Shown in pieces: positions 17,362 through 20,000 of a stretch of DNA of 20,000 bases. The position numbers and the translations under genes were made by a program. This stretch comes from an uncultured virus (IMG/VR IMGVR_UViG_3300044611_001416) (taxonomy: Duplodnaviria; Heunggongvirae; Uroviricota; Caudoviricetes). The notes beneath the pieces are model-generated. The model made no database searches. It worked only from the letters and a program-made list of their open reading frames with translations, and had not been told where the DNA came from. Numbering within the stretch: position 1 is the stretch's first letter; every line of letters starts with the position of its first letter. The stretch lies in IMG/VR virus record IMGVR_UViG_3300044611_001416; one strand, 5' to 3'.

Positions 17362-17676
17362 TTAGTATTCTACGTATTTTATTTTAACATTATACATATC
17401 TTCAAACCAATCCTTAATGAATGATTTTGATTGTTCCATATCAAGGGGAAACCAAGAAGTGAACTTATCAAAGAAATCCTTATTAACAAAAAGTCTACCA
17501 TCACTACTATCATATTCCATTGCAACATCGTCAACTGAATACTCGTCAGGCTCAGGGTAGTTGTAGTCAACAACGATATAAGAATCGACCTCATGTACAC
17601 TACAATGATTAAGAAAATCATCAAGATATTCAATCATAAACTTACGTAACTGAGGATGAGTAACAAGGTAATTCAT
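17362..17676 (-). CDS. Hypothetical protein, paralog family member
   Basis: 104 aa: MNYLVTHPQLRKFMIEYLD ... WFPL ... IKDWFEDMYNVKI. Confidence 0.8.
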   Translation of the reverse strand: MNYLVTHPQLRKFMIEYLDDFLNHCSVHEVDSYIVVDYNYPEPDEYSVDDVAMEYDSSDGRLFVNKDFFDKFTSWFPLDMEQSKSFIKDWFEDMYNVKIKYVEY

Positions 17677-17761
17677 ATTAATAAATATAAGGTTTTAGAT
17701 TATAAGATAATATTGATTTTACAGAAGTTATTATGTATTATTATTAAAAAATATAAAACTT

Positions 17762-18301
17762 ATGAAAAAACTAAAACTATTATTAAGTGCTCTACTACTA
17801 TTGGGCACAACTAACACATTCTCACAAAACAACACAATTGAAGGCAAATGGAAAATGCTAAACTTCAACAATACGATGTTTATTTTTGAAAATGGTGAAC
17901 GATTTACTTATTATTGTACAGCAGGAAATTGTGATTCTTTATACAACACCTTTGAGGCTGGAGATGGTAATCACATTCCAGGAACAGAAGAGTATACTGT
18001 GACTAACGATACAATTACTATGGATTACAATTTTGGAAATATCTTAGTTACTAGTATGGTATTTAGTTGTGAAGGAAACATTGTCACATTCGTTGACCAA
18101 AATAATTTGAATTATGTTCGTTTAGGAACTAATCTTAACGACTGTAATTCGGCATCACTTACTGAACAAACTCAAAATTCATTATTAATGGATAACAAAT
18201 ACTATGACTTATTAGGTAGAGAAATTAAAGACATAGCAACATACTCATTTAATTCTCTTTACATCAAGAACGGTAAAAAATATATTAAAACTCAACAATA
18301 A
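17762..18301 (+). CDS. Secreted protein with signal peptide and T9SS CTD-like tail
   Basis: Bacteroidota-type signal peptide ending TFS/Q. IEGKW lipocalin-like start. Tail YYDLLGRE...LYIKNGKKYIK. Confidence 0.75.
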   Translation: MKKLKLLLSALLLLGTTNTFSQNNTIEGKWKMLNFNNTMFIFENGERFTYYCTAGNCDSLYNTFEAGDGNHIPGTEEYTVTNDTITMDYNFGNILVTSMVFSCEGNIVTFVDQNNLNYVRLGTNLNDCNSASLTEQTQNSLLMDNKYYDLLGREIKDIATYSFNSLYIKNGKKYIKTQQ

Positions 18302-18303
18302 CT

Positions 18304-19320
18304 ATGAAAAACTTAAAATTATTATTACTTACGTTACTAAGCGTAATATCTTTTAACTTGTTCTCACAGACACAAGTTTACACAACAAACACATCGGGAC
18401 CAAACATTTGTGATGGTACTGCGGTATTGGACACAACCAATATTAATATGACATCAATCTATTGGCAAGGAATGGGGATGATTATTAATCAGGGAAGTTA
18501 CATTGTAACAAACCTTTGTCCTGGTACATACGGTGTTACATTCATCAGTAACGGAACTTCGGTTACATTAACGTTTATCGTCATGGCAGGAAACTTTAAT
18601 CCATGTTTAAACTTCGGTGGGTTTATAACACCAACAAACTCTGTTGACTCCACAACTTGTGATGGTATTGTAACGGCAACAGTAACAGGAGGACAAGCAC
18701 CATACACATATCTATGGAGTAATGGTAATATGCTTCAGACAATCGATAACTTATGTCCTGGCACATATTGTTGTTATGTTACGGACTCATACGGTTGCAC
18801 AATAACATTATGTGATACAATAGGAGTTCAATCTTCAAACTACGGAGATACATTATATATAACAAATGCGGGGATGTGCAATCTTCCTATTGGTACATTA
18901 GTTTCAACAATAGAAGATTGTAAATTAAATTATAATTCTATTGGCGGTGCATTTATTTCAGATGTCACACCAATATCAGATACTCTTAATATTGTAATGG
19001 TTACTTGGATACTTGTAGATACTAATGGTTTTAATGTGTCTACACCTCAGTATCAAACATATACATATATTCCTACAGTAGGATGTTATAACTTACAATT
19101 AATTATATTTTGTTATCAAAAATCTATGAACTATAACACTATCGTTATAAATCAAAATTGGTACGTAGGGTTCGCAGGTATTAATGAACTATCAGGTAAT
19201 GGTAAACAACTTATCAGTGTGGTAGATTTAATGGGTAAAGAAACAAATATACAACCAAACAAACATTTAATCTATACATACAGTGATGGTTCTAAAGATA
19301 TAAGATACATTAAAGAATAA
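18304..19320 (+). CDS. Secreted SprB-repeat-like protein with T9SS CTD-like tail
   Basis: Signal peptide ending LFS/Q. Two repeats (CDG...NLCPGTY), including TGGQAPYTYLWSNG...VTDSYGC. Tail GINE...VDLMGKE...IYTYSDGS. Confidence 0.8.
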   Translation: MKNLKLLLLTLLSVISFNLFSQTQVYTTNTSGPNICDGTAVLDTTNINMTSIYWQGMGMIINQGSYIVTNLCPGTYGVTFISNGTSVTLTFIVMAGNFNPCLNFGGFITPTNSVDSTTCDGIVTATVTGGQAPYTYLWSNGNMLQTIDNLCPGTYCCYVTDSYGCTITLCDTIGVQSSNYGDTLYITNAGMCNLPIGTLVSTIEDCKLNYNSIGGAFISDVTPISDTLNIVMVTWILVDTNGFNVSTPQYQTYTYIPTVGCYNLQLIIFCYQKSMNYNTIVINQNWYVGFAGINELSGNGKQLISVVDLMGKETNIQPNKHLIYTYSDGSKDIRYIKE

Positions 19321-19341
19321 TACATTCCATTCACTCACTAC

Positions 19342-19371
19342 AAAGGGAGACTCCATTCGGGTCTCCTTTTT
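19342..19371 (+). terminator. Intrinsic terminator
   Basis: AAAGGGAGAC-loop-GTCTCCTTTTT, about 20 nt after the stop at 19320. Confidence 0.8.
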
Positions 19372-19623
19372 CGTTCATTCATGTATTGTATTATTTTAAT
19401 ATTATAATCGGAATATATCCGATTATCTATAAGGTTATTTACAGTAAACTTTACCTTCGTATTAATAACAAGAGTAATGATTACCTTTGTATAAAGGATA
19501 TGTGGTAATTATTGGGGCATATCACAAACAGTAATGTAAAAATTTTATACCTGATTAGACTATCATGATAAAATACTGATATAGTTTAATTCTTCAAACT
19601 AAATAAACGGTATATTTATTAAT

Positions 19624-19989
19624 ATGAACCTACAAGAATCCATAAGAAGAGTATTAAGAGAGGAAACTCAGATACCTTCATCAATTAGAAGAAGGGTAAG
19701 CTATTCGGATATCGAAGAGGCGTTTCTAAATGCGTTAGATTCAATTGATTATTCTCGATTACACAATCAATTCTCACCAATAAAGAATATATCGTTAAAG
19801 ACATTTGCTAAACTTGTTATAGATGAACTGAATATGTATTTAGAGCAAGACTATTTTAGTGACGAGAATAGGATTTATTTTGATGACGAAACATATCACG
19901 AAAAAATTAGAGTTCCACTTATGAATTATTTTGGTAATAGAATTAAAAAAAGATATAATAGTGGTGAATCAGAAGAAGAATTAATATGA
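19624..19989 (+). CDS. Hypothetical protein with MNLQESIRRVLREE tag
   Basis: 121 aa with TATTTAT 4 nt upstream. The SIRRR module resembles the gene at 13609. Confidence 0.8.
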   Translation: MNLQESIRRVLREETQIPSSIRRRVSYSDIEEAFLNALDSIDYSRLHNQFSPIKNISLKTFAKLVIDELNMYLEQDYFSDENRIYFDDETYHEKIRVPLMNYFGNRIKKRYNSGESEEELI

Positions 19990-20000
19990 ACCTACAAGAT
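19986..20000 (+). CDS. Start of a tandem gene with the same tag (partial, MNLQD...)
   Basis: ATGA overlap with the previous stop. ATTAATATGAACCTACAAGA occurs at both 19618-19637 and 19980-19999. Confidence 0.6.

Larger units (their letters stand above)
637..19619. promoter_or_regulatory. Dispersed TATTTAT motif, a putative phage-specific promoter
   Basis: Sense-strand copies upstream of genes at 637-643(-), 1061-1067, 3107-3113(-), 3175-3181, 5761-5767(-), 7533-7539(-), 7546-7552, 9516-9522, 10962-10968, 12047-12053, 15745-15751(-), 15951-15957, 17032-17038(-), 17681-17687(-) and 19613-19619. Variants at 1006-1012(-) and 6181-6187(-). Confidence 0.7.

Noticed and set aside
15140..18707. ORFs 15140-15346, 16682-16954, 17379-17633 and 18498-18707
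   Set aside because: Nested off-frame or antisense shadows of better-supported genes.
1..20000. Stop-codon reassignment (alternative genetic code)
   Set aside because: Coding density is high under code 11, and TAG (4410, 14912) and TGA (10250, 13612) end genes at sensible places.
1..20000. CRISPR array, tRNA, rRNA, IS element or reverse-transcriptase system
   Set aside because: No regularly spaced repeats, cloverleaf, transposase or RT motifs were seen by eye.
1..20000. Eukaryotic giant virus or bacterial chromosome origin
   Set aside because: Bacteroidota promoters, a lipobox, T9SS-like tails and ATGA coupling indicate a bacterial host. The lack of housekeeping genes and the many short orphan genes favour a phage, though no hallmark virion gene is in the window.

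Overview
AT-rich, gene-dense window of about 37 mostly short CDSs. There is no rRNA, tRNA, CRISPR array, transposase or core housekeeping gene, and strand switches are frequent. It reads as an accessory region of a large phage infecting a Bacteroidota (probably Flavobacteriales) host. This is an inference, because no capsid, terminase or polymerase gene is in view. Host clues are TTTG-N19-TAnnTTTG promoters, no Shine-Dalgarno sites, and genes with SprB-like repeats and T9SS-type C-termini. Main patterns: (1) a TATTTAT motif just upstream of about 17 genes, often 4-5 nt before the ATG, a probable phage promoter giving near-leaderless mRNAs; (2) a shared N-terminal 'MK-hydrophobic-ITESQ' or 'LQESIRRVLREE' tag and internal (I/L/V)-x-E junctions, resembling capsid-targeting and prohead-protease sites; (3) a GT2 glycosyltransferase plus PlcP/LpxH-like phosphoesterase operon; (4) two secreted T9SS-cargo-like genes; (5) an unannotated 26-aa membrane peptide with an antisense promoter; (6) a YkuD-like cell-wall enzyme, a DUF6915/DUF6878-like pair, a DnaJ-type Zn-finger protein, a T5orf172 nuclease and an expanded paralog family. 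All family calls are from motif recognition by eye, not from searches.
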